A stretch of DNA of 64,000 bases, from assembly GCA_951406725.2 (NCBI GenBank), contig OX597827.1, positions 81,220,001 to 81,284,000 on the forward strand. Reading direction: 5' to 3'. Source of the DNA: Octopus vulgaris (Eukaryota). Positions 12,180 to 24,367 of this stretch are shown here, piece after piece. The notes beneath the pieces were generated by a model. That model searched no databases. It was not told where the DNA came from and saw only the letters and a list, made by a program, of their open reading frames with translations. The stretch's first letter is position 1; the number at the start of each line of letters is the position of its first letter. A program made the translations under genes and the position numbers.

Positions 12180-12748
12180 TGTTACAAGTGTTTGGTTTCG
12201 TGTCACATCGTGCAAAGTGGCTAAAATTGAAATTCTGAGCTAGTGGGTTGTTCCCCTTGCACCATTAGGCAGGTAACATATCCCACAGTTAAACGATATA
12301 CCAATAATCAATGAGAGTTAAATAAGTTTATTCATTCAACAGAAAGGAGTTGGTCAGGGAAGAACAGACTAAAAGATTGGCTGCCTATAATGACATAACA
12401 ATTACATACAAGACGGCCACCAATATCTAACAAGGTCCAGGAATTCTGGCCCCTTCATCCCTTATTCTCCACTTTCTGTGGAATCAATTACTTTATTGAT
12501 TTTAAAATTCTTCATTGGTGATTTTCCTTGAAATACTCACGAGTTGTGAGATTTGTCACCCAGCTCACCCAAGGGAAACAACTTGCCAGCTTAGCAGTGA
12601 ATTAACTCCCTGGTACTATGTTAGAGAGGAGATGAACTCTGCACTTCTCAGACGTCCATTTCAATGATTACAGGTGCGTATTTTGGTCGTCGGAAGAGTT
12701 TACAGCAGAAATGTTATACGACCATTGCTGTAACTTTGAGTTACAACA
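12180..12748 (-). mobile_element. Possible solo LTR
   Basis: Unique ~570-bp block with TGTT...AACA termini and a minus-strand AATAAA near 12330. No target-site duplication found. Confidence 0.25.
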
Positions 12749-12911
12749 TTAAAAGGTTTGAAGGCTACAAATCATATATAAATATATATATATATTACAT
12801 ACGGATTTTTTAATCTTTTTAATCTTCAGATTTTTTAAAATATGCTAGACCACTGGTTTTAATTGATTGATATCAATTTCCACCCTTATTTAATTTTATA
12901 TATATATATAC

Positions 12912-12964
<53 letters not shown>

Positions 12965-13547
12965 TTGTAAGAGTTAATGGTGTCAATAAGACCCAAAGAT
13001 GTCAGGTAATGCTGAGTAAGTGCTACGGATAGACCAAAGTTAAGCTCCAGGTTCTGTGATTTTGCGAATAAACAATGATGATGATGATGATGATGATGTC
13101 CAACACAGAACAGAACGTGAAATTTCGTAAACAAATATCGAACGTTATAGTTTCAGAACCTTTCAGTCATGGCTTTCTTTAAATCAAAGAACTCAATAAT
13201 ATCATGTTTGAAAGTGAAATCATGCAATTGAAGATTTGCACATAAATATTTGTCATGTACATTGCGTTTTCAGAAAGGGCTCAGTGGAGCTACTGCAACA
13301 CTAGAATGATAACACACACACACGCACACAACTGCTCCCAGCTATGGTGGATGCCCTTCTGAATGCCAACCCCTTCAAAGAGGGTACTGGTTGTTTTTTT
13401 ATGTAGCAACCAGTCAGCTACCTGCAACTGTGCAAGAATCTTATGATTAGGGGCCTTGTAAACTGAGTGCATTCACAGACTTAATTACGGATACATTTAG
13501 AGGCAGAAACAAGACCAAAGGTATGCGTAGCAGGACGAGATATGTGT

Positions 13548-13762
13548 CGAGCTGGCAGAAACGTTAGCACACTGGGTGAAATGCGTAGCCGTATTTTGTC
13601 TGCCGTTCAAATTCCGCCTTGTTCGACTTTGCCTTTCATCCTTTTGGGGTCGATAAATTAAGTACCAGTTACGCACTGGAGTCGATGTAATCGAGTTAAT
13701 CTGTTTGTCTGTCCTTGTTTGTCCCCTCTGTGTGTAGCCCCTTGTGGGTAGTAAAGAAACAG
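13548..13762 (+). mobile_element. SINE family A
   Basis: cgagctggcagaaacgttagc..gttcaaattccgcc..ggggtcgataaattaagtaccagttacgcactgg..gcccttgtgggtagtaaagaaa. Confidence 0.85.
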
Positions 13763-13808
13763 ATATGTGTGTGTGTAAAGTATGTATACATATATTCATG
13801 TATATATA

Positions 13809-14308
13809 CAGGGTTAGTCAAATAGAATGAACCGATTTCATTATGCCATATTTTAATTAAGAAAAGCAATAGAAAGCTCCAGCTAAGTCACAAGTATTGA
13901 CTCACAATCAACAAAATTGTTCAATGTGGCCACCACCTACAGCAAGGGCAACATCACTGTGATAAGAGAATTCCTCCCAGATGCATATCACGATCCACTG
14001 AGTCGATCGCTGTTGTTATTCGATGTTTAAGGCCATCAACGTTAGTGGGTTGTGGTGGAACATAAATGCGATCTTTTACACATCTCCGGAAGAAAAAATC
14101 ACACACACTCAATGGAGCGTGATACGCATCCAGGAGGAAATCTGTTATCGCATTGATGTTGCCCATGCTGCAGGTGGTGGCCACATGGAACACTTGTAAG
14201 ACAACAAATAAAAAGTTGATTGTGAGTAAATTCTTGTCACTTAGCTGGAGTTTTCTATTGCTTTTCCTTACTAAAATATTGTGTAATGAAATCAGTTCAT
14301 TCTTTTTT
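13809..14308 (-). mobile_element. Internally deleted Tc1/mariner-superfamily element with ~100-bp TIRs
   Basis: 13809-13912 is the inverted repeat of ~14215-14305. Minus-strand remnant PLSVCDFFFRRCVKDRIYVPPQPTNVDGLKHRITTAI resembles the SPDL..DFFLWG.VK..VY transposase C-terminus. Flanked by TA repeats. Confidence 0.8.
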
Positions 14309-14384
14309 AATACATACATATATATATATAATGTATACATAAACCTGTGTGAATGTACACACACACACACATATATGTAAATAT

Positions 14385-14415
<31 letters not shown>

Positions 14416-15157
14416 CATCATCATCATCATCATCGTTTAGCGTCCGCTTTCCATGCTAGCATGGGTTGGACGGGTCAACTGGGGTCTGTGAAGCTGGAAG
14501 GCTTCGTCAGGCCCAGTCAGATCTGGCAGTGTTTCTACGGCTGGATGCCCTTCCTAACGCCAACCACTCCGCGAGTGTAGTGGGTGTTTTTTACGTGCCA
14601 CCTGCACAGGTGCCAGACAGAGCTGGCGAACGGCCACGAACGGATGGTGCTTTTACGTGTCACCGGCACGGGGCCAGGCGATGCTGGCAACGGACACGAA
14701 CGGATGGTGCTTTTACGTGCCACCGACACGGGGCCAGACAGAGCTGGCAACCGGCCACGAACGGACGGTGCTTTTACGTGTCACCGGCACGGGGACCAGC
14801 CGAGGCTGGCAACAGACGCGAATGGATGGTGCTTTTACGTGCCACCGACACGGTTGCCAGACAGAGCTGGCAAACGGCCACGAGCGGACGGTGCTTTTAC
14901 GTGTCACCGGCACGGGGGCCAGCCGAGGCTGGCAACGGACACGAACGGATGGTGCTTTTACGTGCCACCGACACGGGGCCTGACAGAGCTGGCAAACGGC
15001 CACGAACGGATGGTGCTTTTACGTGCCACCGACACAGGGCCAGACAGAGCTGGCAAACGGCCACGAATGGACGGTGCTTTTACGTGTCACCGGCACGGGG
15101 CCAGGCGAGGCTGGCAACGAACACGAACGGATGGTGCTTTTACGTGCCACCGACACG
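14416..15157 (-). mobile_element. RTE-LINE 3' tail with expanded ~61-bp tandem array
   Basis: (CAT)n plus cgtttagcgtccgctttccatgctagcatgggttgg matches the 3' end attached to RTE coding sequence at 19245-20298. About 10 units containing ggtgcttttacgtg lie at 14583-15157. Confidence 0.85.
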
Positions 15158-15204
<47 letters not shown>

Positions 15205-15236
15205 TATATACATATATATATATACATACATATATG

Positions 15237-15272
<36 letters not shown>

Positions 15273-15275
<3 letters not shown>

Positions 15276-15926
15276 TCATCATCATCATCATCATTTAGCG
15301 TCCGTTTTCCATGCTAGCATGGGTTGGACGGTTCTGCTGGGGTCTGTGAAGCCAGAAGGCTTCATCAGGCCCAGTCAAATCTGGCAGTGTTTCTACGGCT
15401 GGATGCCCTTCCTAACGCCAACCACTCCGTGAGTGTAGTGGGTGCTTTTTACGTGCCACCCGCACTGGTGCCAGCCAGAGCTGGCAAACGGCCACGAACG
15501 GATGGTGTTTTTTATGTGCCACCGGCACGAGGGCCAGGCGAGGCTGGCAACATATATATATATATATATATATCCATCCGAACGTGGCCGTTGCCAGTGC
15601 CGCCTCGACTGGCCTCTGTGCCAGTGGCACGTAAAATGCACCATCCGATTGTGGCTGTTGCCAGCCTCGTCTGGCCCCTGGGCCGGTGGCACGTAAAAAG
15701 CACCATCCAATCGTGGCCGTTTGCCAGCTCCATCTGGCACCTGTGCGGGTGGCACGTAAAAAGCACCCACCACACTCACGGAGTGGTTGCCGTTAGGAAG
15801 GGCATCCAGCCGTAGAAACACTGCCAGATCAGACTGGGCCTGGTGCAGCCTCCTGGCTTCCCAGACCCCAGTTGAAGCGTCCAACTCATGCTAGCATGGA
15901 GAACGGACGTTAAACGATGATGATGA
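15273..15926. mobile_element. Inverted pair of RTE-LINE 3' tails (15273-15551 minus; 15575-15926 plus)
   Basis: Both match the same 3' UTR and end in (GAT)n pointing outward. They are separated by (TA)n. Confidence 0.8.
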
Positions 15927-16243
15927 TAGATATGTGAGTGAAAGACCGGTTGAAGTGAGTGAAATTGTAGTTGTGGCTGATGCCAGTGTGGTCTGACTGG
16001 CACCTGTGCTGGTGACACGTAAAATTTACCATTCATGCATTGGGCCTCAAGGTGGTATTGATGTCAAGCCAAGTGAGATCATAGTTGTGGCCAAGGCCAG
16101 TATCACATAACCGGCCCATGAAAAGCACCCTTCAGTTGTTGGGTGATATGCTGTCTACTATGGAATACCCTTCCTAATGCCAACAACTTTACAGCTTGTG
16201 CTGGTGCTCTGTCTGAATTTTTGTAGCACCAGCACCAATGAAG

Positions 16244-16913
16244 CACTGACATCTCATTTTAACAGACGTATTTACCAAAATTACATAAAAAATATTTTGA
16301 AATACTAAATAGTAAATTTATTCAACTTTGGTGTTATGAGGAGTTTTTTGATCTCCCGTTCAACAGTGTCTCACATATGATAACAACAGATGTTATGGCT
16401 GATGTGGTTGCAGAAATTGTCTGATAGCCATAACTGGGTTCTCCAGTACAGGACCCTGTTGCCCGACATAGGGTCTTCCAGTAGCCACCGTCTTGACTGA
16501 AGGCAGCACTACCTCCTCCAGGCACTTGATCTAGGCCTCCATGTTGAGTCTGAGGCTGTGTGGGAAGATGAATGGAGGTATAACCTCACCATCACTAGTG
16601 ATCACTCCAAACACCATGATGTTGACTGGATGTTTGATTTTTATCACTCCCACTGCATGTCCTCAGATTGACACCCAACCATTCTGAAATGTTTGTATTG
16701 GAGCTTCCAGCATGAATGCCAAGCAGTACAGCATATTGCTTCCAAATTTCTGGCAGAGTGAATTGTGTTGTGGTGCTGTTTTACTCACAAATGGTGCCCA
16801 ACTGACCCTACTGTACTGTGTAGTCAACAAAATCAAAAACAAGCAAGGTGCAAGTGCAAAATAAAAAATATAAAATGGCAACAATTTACCCATCATACCC
16901 TGTACAATTTCTT
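16244..16913 (-). mobile_element. Decayed Tc1/mariner-superfamily transposon
   Basis: Minus strand KIKHPVNIMVFGVITSDGEVIPPFIFPHSLRLN..KCLEEVVLP. Terminus tacagggtatgatgggtaaattgttgcc. Same family as 21784-23329 and 57870-58470. Confidence 0.8.
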
Positions 16914-18078
16914 CATTATATACATAAACATAAATATGTATGTACGTATGTATGTATGTATGTAGATATGTATAATGTACTGTTCCATTATTTGTTGCAT
17001 CAACAAAACAGTACTTCATCCAGTGGGAGATAAATATCCTTATTATATGCAATATTTAAATATGAGCTACTAGCAGTTTCATGCCGTGAAAACACATTAA
17101 ACTGGTAAGTTTATAAATCAAACCTTGTCTTTTCAAGCAATCTTTCAGACTCAGATATGTCGTCGTCGTCATCATCATTGACCATGTCTTGCTGCAGTGT
17201 TTCAGTTTGATATGCTTTCTACTATGGAATACCCTTCCTAATGCCAACAACTTTACAGCTTGTGCTGGGTGCTCTGTCGTTTTTGTAGCACCAGCACCAA
17301 TGAACCATGCATTATTATAACCAACAAAATTAAAGAGACGCTTGACTCAGAGGAAATGTAAGAGGCAGAGTAGTGAAAAGTTTAATGTATGATGCGAAGA
17401 GTAAGGAGAGGTGTGTTCCGGAGACAATGCATGACTACAGCACATTTTACATGGATTCGGTGGAGGTGGTGGTGCTGGAGGTTTGGGTTGAGCCACAAAA
17501 AATAAAGGGGATAAGTATTCTGGTGATGAGGTGCAGGAACCTATCTGATGTCCCAGAAGGTGAACAGAAAAGAGAATGGACACTGGAGAATCAAGAGGGT
17601 TGGGCAGGGGTAAGCATGGGATGGGGGGGGTAGTCAGATGAATGTAGAAGGTGAATGTAGTGGATGATGGAGAGGGTTAGGGATATTGTGAGTGAGGATG
17701 AGAATGATGGATGGATGTTAGTAGAGAGTAGCAAAGGGGAGAGGGAGTGGTGACTGGCAGTATATAAATGGTTTATAGAAACCAGTTCTAATTTGGTTAA
17801 TAACAACAGCAGAATTATACAGATGATAGGAGAGAGAGAGAGAGAGAGATGGAAGGATGTGTGATAAGGGGAGAGTGGAATGTAAGGGGAGAGTGAGAGG
17901 TGGATAAAAAAGGGGATGCGATAAACGATGATAAAAATTATGATAATATGGGTGATGATGTATGTATGTTCTCTTTTATTTTTATAAATTTGAAATCTTG
18001 GTGTAAAGCTGGAACTGCTTTCTAACAAAGACATGAAACTCCATCATTGGAATGTAGATAACATAAAGAAAGTCACTT

Positions 18079-18420
18079 CTAAAACTTGAGAAAAGTCTTG
18101 CATATTTTTACTGTCCCACTTACAGACTGTATTTGTAGCCTGCAAATCAGTTGGTTGATTGGTTTTCCTGAAAATCCGAGCTTATCCAGATTGTCACTTG
18201 GGCATTTACTCACAAAATCAAGTGTATCAATTATTTTTGGTATAAATGTGAATTTAAATTCTGGTTGTAGAGTCTGAAGGGTTTGAAGCAGATGTCCATA
18301 GTTATTCTCTTTAATTTTCAAAATGATATTCACATCAGCAGGGCAGCTGACTTCTATGATGCTACATACTTTTCCGTGTTTCTCTCAAACAATAATATTT
18401 GCTCTTGATACAAGTTTTGA
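18079..18420 (-). mobile_element. R4/Dong-like non-LTR retrotransposon, C-terminal restriction-like endonuclease fragment
   Basis: Minus strand NIIV*EKHGKVCSIIEVSCPADVNIILKIKENNYG..FTFIPKIIDTL..LQIQSVSGTVKICKTFLKF*, matching the PD..(D/E)xxxP RLE C-terminal pattern. Confidence 0.7.
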
Positions 18421-18489
18421 TGTTTTCAATATGTATTCAATACATACAACAGGGGAATTCTCCATACGTCTATCGGTTTGTATGTACAT

Positions 18490-19140
18490 ATTCTTGGCTG
18501 AGGTTCTTCAATCAGACTCCTTGTACTCACCTTCCAATCAGCCTGTCCTTATTTGTGATGCTCCTCTATGTCGGGTGGACTCAGTCTGCTCTCATAGAAG
18601 CACAATCCTTAAGGCTGGACTCATTGATGCAGAGCTACTCCATTGGCTCAACTTGTCCTCTGCATCTTTCGGGAAACTCCATGTGTGAGTCTTTCAGAAC
18701 AAGAACAGAGAAATTACAAAAATCTCCATTTATTGAGCTGTCAGTGTATTCACCTTCCTGCATGAGTCTGAGTTCTGGACCCTTTATCAGTGCCAAATCA
18801 GACAACTGGAAGCATTCCACGTCAGATCACGCCAAAGTATCCTTGGCCTCACAAGCAAGGACAAGGTGTCCTGTATCAAGATGCTCCTTGAGGCTTGCAT
18901 CGTTCATTGTCTTTTTTGCTGGGTTTGTCATGTGATTCAGATGCTGGACAACGGACTCCCAAAGATGGTCTTCTTCAGTGAGATCGAGACTGGGAGTAGA
19001 CCCCATGAATACTTAAACCATTGTTTTCATGAACATCTCAAGCAGCCTCACATCTTATGTGGGGTCCCTGCCAACTGGTTGGAAACCCTGGTTGTTAATT
19101 GGAAGGCAGGAAAGTCCACATGTGGTGCTGGAGTGGATCA
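18490..19140 (+). mobile_element. Old RTE/BovB-type LINE 3' ORF fragment
   Basis: Decayed IDAELLHWLNLSSASFGKL..TKISIY*AV..LHESEFWT..LEAFH..WVCHVIQMLDNGLPKMVFFSE, typical of the RTE C-terminus. Confidence 0.7.
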
Positions 19141-19244
19141 TTGAGAAACTGAATAAGAGGAGATAACATGAAGGAGTGGGGTCCCTTTCAATGCCTTCAG
19201 AGCCACAGGAGCTGCCTTTTCCATGTCAGTCTTGTCAGCCATAT

Positions 19245-20298
19245 CTGCTTACCTAGGTGACCAAGTCAGTAGCGGGGACGGGTGTGTTGAAAGTGTAACT
19301 GCTAGAGTAAGAATAGCCTGGGCAAAGTTCAGAGAGCTCTTACCTCTGGTGGTGACAAAAGGCCTCTCGCTCAGAGTAAAAGGCAGACTGTATGATGCAT
19401 GTGTACGAACAGCCATGCTACATGGTAGTGAAACATGGGCCGTGACTGCTGAGGATATGCGTAAGCTTGCAAGAAATGAAGCCAGTATGCTCCGATGGAT
19501 GTGTAATGTCAGTGTTCATACTCGACAGAGTAAGTACCTTGAGAGAAAAGTTGGACCTAAGAAGCATCAGTTGTGGTGTGCAAGAGAGACGTCTGTGCTG
19601 GTATGGTCATGTGGTAAGAATGGATGAAGATAGTTGTGTAAAAAAGTGCCACACCCTGGCGGTTGAGGGAACCTGTGGAAGAGGTAGACCCAGGAAAACC
19701 TGGGACGAGGTGGTGAAGCATGACCTTTGAACTTTAGGTCTCACCGAGGAAATGACTAGAGACCGAGACCTATGGAAGTATGCTGTGCATGAGAAGACCC
19801 GGCAGGACAAGTGAGACCATAACCCGTGGCCTCTATCTGGGATGTAGCCAGTCCACTTATGCATACCTTTCTTTCTTGGGACACAAAACTCTACTTGTGA
19901 AGACCTGTTGAGGCAAGTGAAAATCAATCAAAATCGAAATCGATCAACATCAATGGAAATTGTAGTTGTGATATCGGTGCCGGTGGCACGTAAGAGAACC
20001 ATCTGAACGTGGCTGTTGCCAGGGCCTCCCCAACTGGCCTACGTGCTGGTGGCACGTAAAAGCACCATCCGATCATGGCCGTTGCCAGCCTCGTCTGGCA
20101 CCTGTGCCAGTGGCATGTAAAAAGCACCCACTACACTCACAGAGTGGTTGGCGTTAGGAAGGGCATCCAGCTGTAGAAACACTGCCAGATTAGACTGGGC
20201 CTGATGCAGCCTTCTGGTTTCCCAGACCCCAGTCGAAGCATCCAACCCATGCCAGCATGGAAAGCGGACATTAAACGATGATGATGATGATGATGATG
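19245..20298 (+). mobile_element. RTE-clade LINE, 5'-truncated: ORF C-terminus, 3' UTR and (GAT)n tail
   Basis: YLGDQVSSGDGC..RIAWAKFRELLPL..LYDACVRTAMLHGSETW..RLCWYGHVVRMD..GRGRPRKTWDEVVKHDL, with a frameshift. The UTR ends aaagcggacattaaac(gat)n. Confidence 0.9.
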
Positions 20299-20352
20299 TG
20301 CAATTGCATGTCAGTGTATACGTATATATGTGTGTATATGTATATGTACGTC

Positions 20353-20387
<35 letters not shown>

Positions 20388-20667
20388 AAGAAAGTGAGAT
20401 AAATAAGAGATGAAAAAATGAGGAATAAATGATTGTTTTAATGAATTCATTAGCTTAATGAGGCCCTGGTGAAGCTGTGAGGTGTTAATCAGGCCCTCAA
20501 GTATTGAGTCCACTTCTCTTATAATGAAGTTCATAAGATCATCATTTCTTCCTTCTTCGTCATCTGTTTCTTTTATTGCTGCTCTTTACTCGGCCAACAT
20601 TCTGAAACGTCATACGTATATTGAGTGCTACACCAAGTCATTAGTCTGGCAATGCTTAAGTGATATT

Positions 20668-20698
<31 letters not shown>

Positions 20699-20822
20699 TT
20701 GTGTGCGTGTGTGTATGTGTGTGTATGTTTGTGTGTACCAAAAATATCTATCTATCTATCTGTCTGTCTGTCTGTCTACCTGCCTGCCTACCTACTTACC
20801 TATCTATCTATCTATCTATCTA

Positions 20823-21056
20823 CCTATTTCTTTACTACCCACAAGGGGCTAAACACAGAGAGGAAAAAACAAGGACAGACAAATGGATTAAGTCGATTAT
20901 ATCGACCCCAGTGTATAACTGGTACTTATTTAATCGACCCTGAAAGGATGAAAGGCAAAGTCGACCTCGGCGGAATTTGAACTCAGAACGTAGCAGCATA
21001 AGAAATACCGCTAAGCATTTCACCCGGCGTGCTAACCTTTCTGCCAGCTCGCCGCC
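20823..21056 (-). mobile_element. SINE family A, near full length
   Basis: Minus strand ggcggcgagctggcagaaaggttagcacgccggg..gagttcaaattccgccgaggtcgac; tRNA-like A/B boxes. Confidence 0.9.
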
Positions 21057-21121
21057 CTTCTATCTATCCACCTACTTAGCTGTCTACATTCACATACACA
21101 TGTGTCTAGATATATATATAT

Positions 21122-21428
21122 ATCACATGATCACGTGACCGACCAGACCATCAGATATTGTTACACATCGCTGGTTACAATGCGTTCGCATTGTTTTAGC
21201 CTTCGAATGACACCACCCCGCTGGCTAAGCAAGCAGGCCAACAGAGGAAAGAGTGGGAGAAAGAGTGGTGAAAGAGTACAGCAGGGATCACCACCCCCTG
21301 CCGGAGCCTGGTGGTGCTTTTAGGTGTTTTCGCTCAATAAACACACACAACGCCCGGTCTGGGAATCGAAACCGCGATCCTGCGACCGCGAGTCTGCTGC
21401 CCTAACCACTAGGCCATTGCGCCTCCAT
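21122..21428 (-). mobile_element. tRNA-derived SINE family C, CpG-rich (probably young)
   Basis: Minus-strand head ggaggcgcaaTGGCCTAGTGGttagggcagc..GGTTTCGATTCC (A and B boxes), followed by a non-tRNA body; inserted in (TA)n. Confidence 0.75.
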
Positions 21429-21783
21429 ATATATATATACATATATATATACTGGATGTGGTGAATATATTGTCATCTAAATTACACAAAAATGAAGCTA
21501 ATACTGACATCTCATCCTTTTTATAACATGGTTTCTGTATATGTGACCCTAGTCTCGTGTACCAACAGTGTGATATATGGTACCGCAACCCAAATACTCT
21601 GCCAACAACTGTAACCAATCCAAAACAACTTCTCAACAATTTCCTGTGACTCCACAAACTCACAGACGACACCTTTCGACTTCCTGCGATTTCTCATCTA
21701 TTGCTCTCACATGACCACACTGCTACATATACGAGTTCGGCTAGTCCATTCCCACAGGGGGTGTCATGATTCTTGCCATAACA

Positions 21784-23329
21784 CATTTTAACAGATATAT
21801 TTACCAAAATTACATAAAAATATCTTGAAATGCTAAAGAGTAAATTTATTCAGTAAACTCGCCCTTGGCTTCAGCCATGGCCTCCAGATGACTTCAGAAT
21901 CGCCTGCAACTCTTCTGGACGGTCTCCTTGTTTAAGTTGGTGAATGCTGCCATAATCCTTGCCTTTAGTTCATCTTTGGTGTTACAAGGAGTTTTGTTGG
22001 TCTCTCACTCAACTGCACCCCATACATAATAATCGAGGGGGTTGCAGTGTGGGGAGTTGGGTGGATAGATTTTATGGGTGATGTGGTCGCAAAAGTTGTC
22101 TGACAGCCATGACTGGGTTCTTCCGCTTGTGTGGCATGGTGCAGAGTCCTGTTGCCAGACATAGTATCTTCCAGCAGCCACCCTCTTAACCCAGGGCAGC
22201 ACTACCTCCTCCAGGCACTTGGTGTAGGCCTCTGCATTGAGTCTGAGGCTGTGTAGGAAGGTAAATGGAGGCATAATGTCACCATCACTAGTGATCACTC
22301 CAAACATCATGATGTTGACTGGATATTTGATTTTTATCACTCTCATTACATGTCCACAGATTGACACCCAAACACTCTGAAATGTTTGTATTGGAGCTTC
22401 CAGTGTGAATACCAAGCAGTACAGTATGTCACTTCCAAATTTCTGGCAGAGTAAATTGTTTTGTGGTGCTGTCTTTCCCACAGATGGTGCCCAATTGACC
22501 CTACTATACTGTGTGGTCAACAAAATCGAAAACAAACAATGCGCATGTATGATCATCATCATCATCATCATTGTTTAGCGTCCGTTTTCCATGCTAGCAT
22601 GGGTTGGACGGTTCTACTGGGGTCTGTGAAGCCAGAAGGCTTCATCAGGCCCAGTCAAATCTGGCAGTGTTTCTACGGCTGGATGCCCTTCCTAACGCCA
22701 ACCACTCCGTGAGTGTAGTGGGTGGTTTTTACGTGCCACCCGCACTGGTGCCAGACAGAGCTGGCAAACGGCCACGAACGGATGGTGCTTTTTATGTGCC
22801 ACCGGCACGAGGGCCAGGCGAGGCTGGCAACGGACACGAAACGGGGCGGTGCTGGCAGCGGTCGCGAAACGGAAAGTTCTCTTACATGCCACCGGCACTG
22901 GTAACACATCTGCAATTTCCATTGATCGATTTCGATTCTGATCCTCACTTGCCTCAACGGGTCTTCACAAGCAGAGTTTTGACATGCCACCGGCACTGGT
23001 AGCACATCCGCAATTTCCATTGATCGATTTCGATTCTGATCCTCACTTGCCTCAACACGTCTTCACAAGTAGAGTTTTGTGTCCCAAGAAGGGAAGGTAT
23101 GCATACGTAGGCCGGCTCCATCCCATGTAGAAGGCCACGGGTTATGGACTCACTTGTCCTGCTGGGTCTTCTCGCGCACAGCACACTTCCAGAGGTCTCG
23201 GTCTCTAGTCATTTCCTCAGTGAGACCTAAAGTTCGAAGGTCGTGCTTCACCACCTCGTCCCAGGTTTTCCTGGGTCTGCCTCTAGTTGAAAATATAAAA
23301 TAGCAACAATTTACCCATTGCACCCTGTA
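21784..23329 (-). mobile_element. Tc1/mariner-superfamily transposon relic, interrupted by an RTE insertion
   Basis: ORF 22005-22571 reads MMFGVITSDG..YYVWQQDSAPCH..YPPNSPHCNPLDYYVWGAVE (catalytic-region motifs). Terminus tacagggtgcaatgggtaaattgttgc resumes at ~23290-23329. Confidence 0.85.
22553..23284 (-). mobile_element. RTE LINE 3' end with internal 98-bp tandem duplication
   Basis: (CAT)n tail, 3' UTR and RGRPRKTWDEVVKHDL coding end. Duplicated units at ~22884-22981 and ~22982-23079. Confidence 0.85.
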
Positions 23330-23398
23330 TATTCACACACACACATCAAAATCAAAACCCCAAAAATGCAGGTGCAAAATTAAAAATATGAAATAGTG

Positions 23399-23438
<40 letters not shown>

Positions 23439-23447
23439 CACTATTTC

Positions 23448-23515
<68 letters not shown>

Positions 23516-23917
23516 AATTGAGATAGGGGTTGTAAATGCAACCCTCCATGGGATAACATATATCCAATATACTGCTAGTGAAGTACCCAACAAAGTTAAT
23601 ACATAAATGTTAAGGATTGCGATGCAATCAATTCATTTACTGTATTATATGGGCAAAGGTAAAATGATTTATCACAAATTACTAATACAAGATAAGAAAA
23701 TGGAGAAATACAACTAAATCAAATATCAATTACCAGATAATACTCAATCACATACTTTATTAAACCACCACATAAGAGACTGTAGGGTTAAACATAAAAA
23801 AGCAGAATAAATCAGTGTACATAAAGGAATGTACATAAAAAAGTGTACATAAAAGAGTGATGTTGTATAATAAGTAGAATATATATAAAAGAGAATATAA
23901 ATATAAGTATAGATTAC

Positions 23918-24044
23918 ATCTTACAGCTGTTTCGGCCATGTAGATAAGTATGTCTCATTTTACCAATATTAGCCTTTTATGGTAGGTCAATATATAGATA
24001 TAAATGAGACATCTACAAAAATATCATAAGGCCTCTTCGGAGAT
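23918..24044 (-). ncRNA. Hammerhead ribozyme-like motif (type I) with long stem II insertion
   Basis: Minus strand: atct-CCGAAGA-GGCC-(~92 nt containing a tgtctcattt/aaatgagaca helix)-GGCC-GAAA-CAGCTG-TA-agat. One core change relative to CUGANGA. Confidence 0.65.
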
Positions 24045-24367
24045 TATGTGATATAAATCAGTCTACATATATACTCATACAACATATACATATACATATG
24101 AGTGCATATACTCACACTCCTATACATAAAAATATACATATACATAATGATGTAAATAAGTAATATAAATTAGTAAACATATATGTTCCACATTCAATGT
24201 TTCAGTTTTTCAACTTAATATTGTGATAATAAACATACACATATTAGTACCTAGATGCTAATATACATAGTCAATAGTACATTATATTACTTCCTACTAA
24301 TTTCTAAAGTGTCATTAAACTTTAATGACACTTTAGAAATTTCTAAAGTGTCATTTCTAAAGTGTCA

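Noticed and set aside
14583-15157. CRISPR-like array of regularly spaced repeats
   Set aside because: The 'spacers' are themselves repeated (A/B types), there are no cas genes, the context is eukaryotic, and the unit belongs to the RTE 3' UTR.
14466-15432. Long ORFs of 282-283 aa
   Set aside because: They are translations of the tandem array and (TA)n, open in several frames, with no protein-family signal.
21350-21428. tRNA gene
   Set aside because: A and B boxes are present, but no convincing acceptor stem or terminator; it continues into a SINE body. The same applies to 57138-57205.
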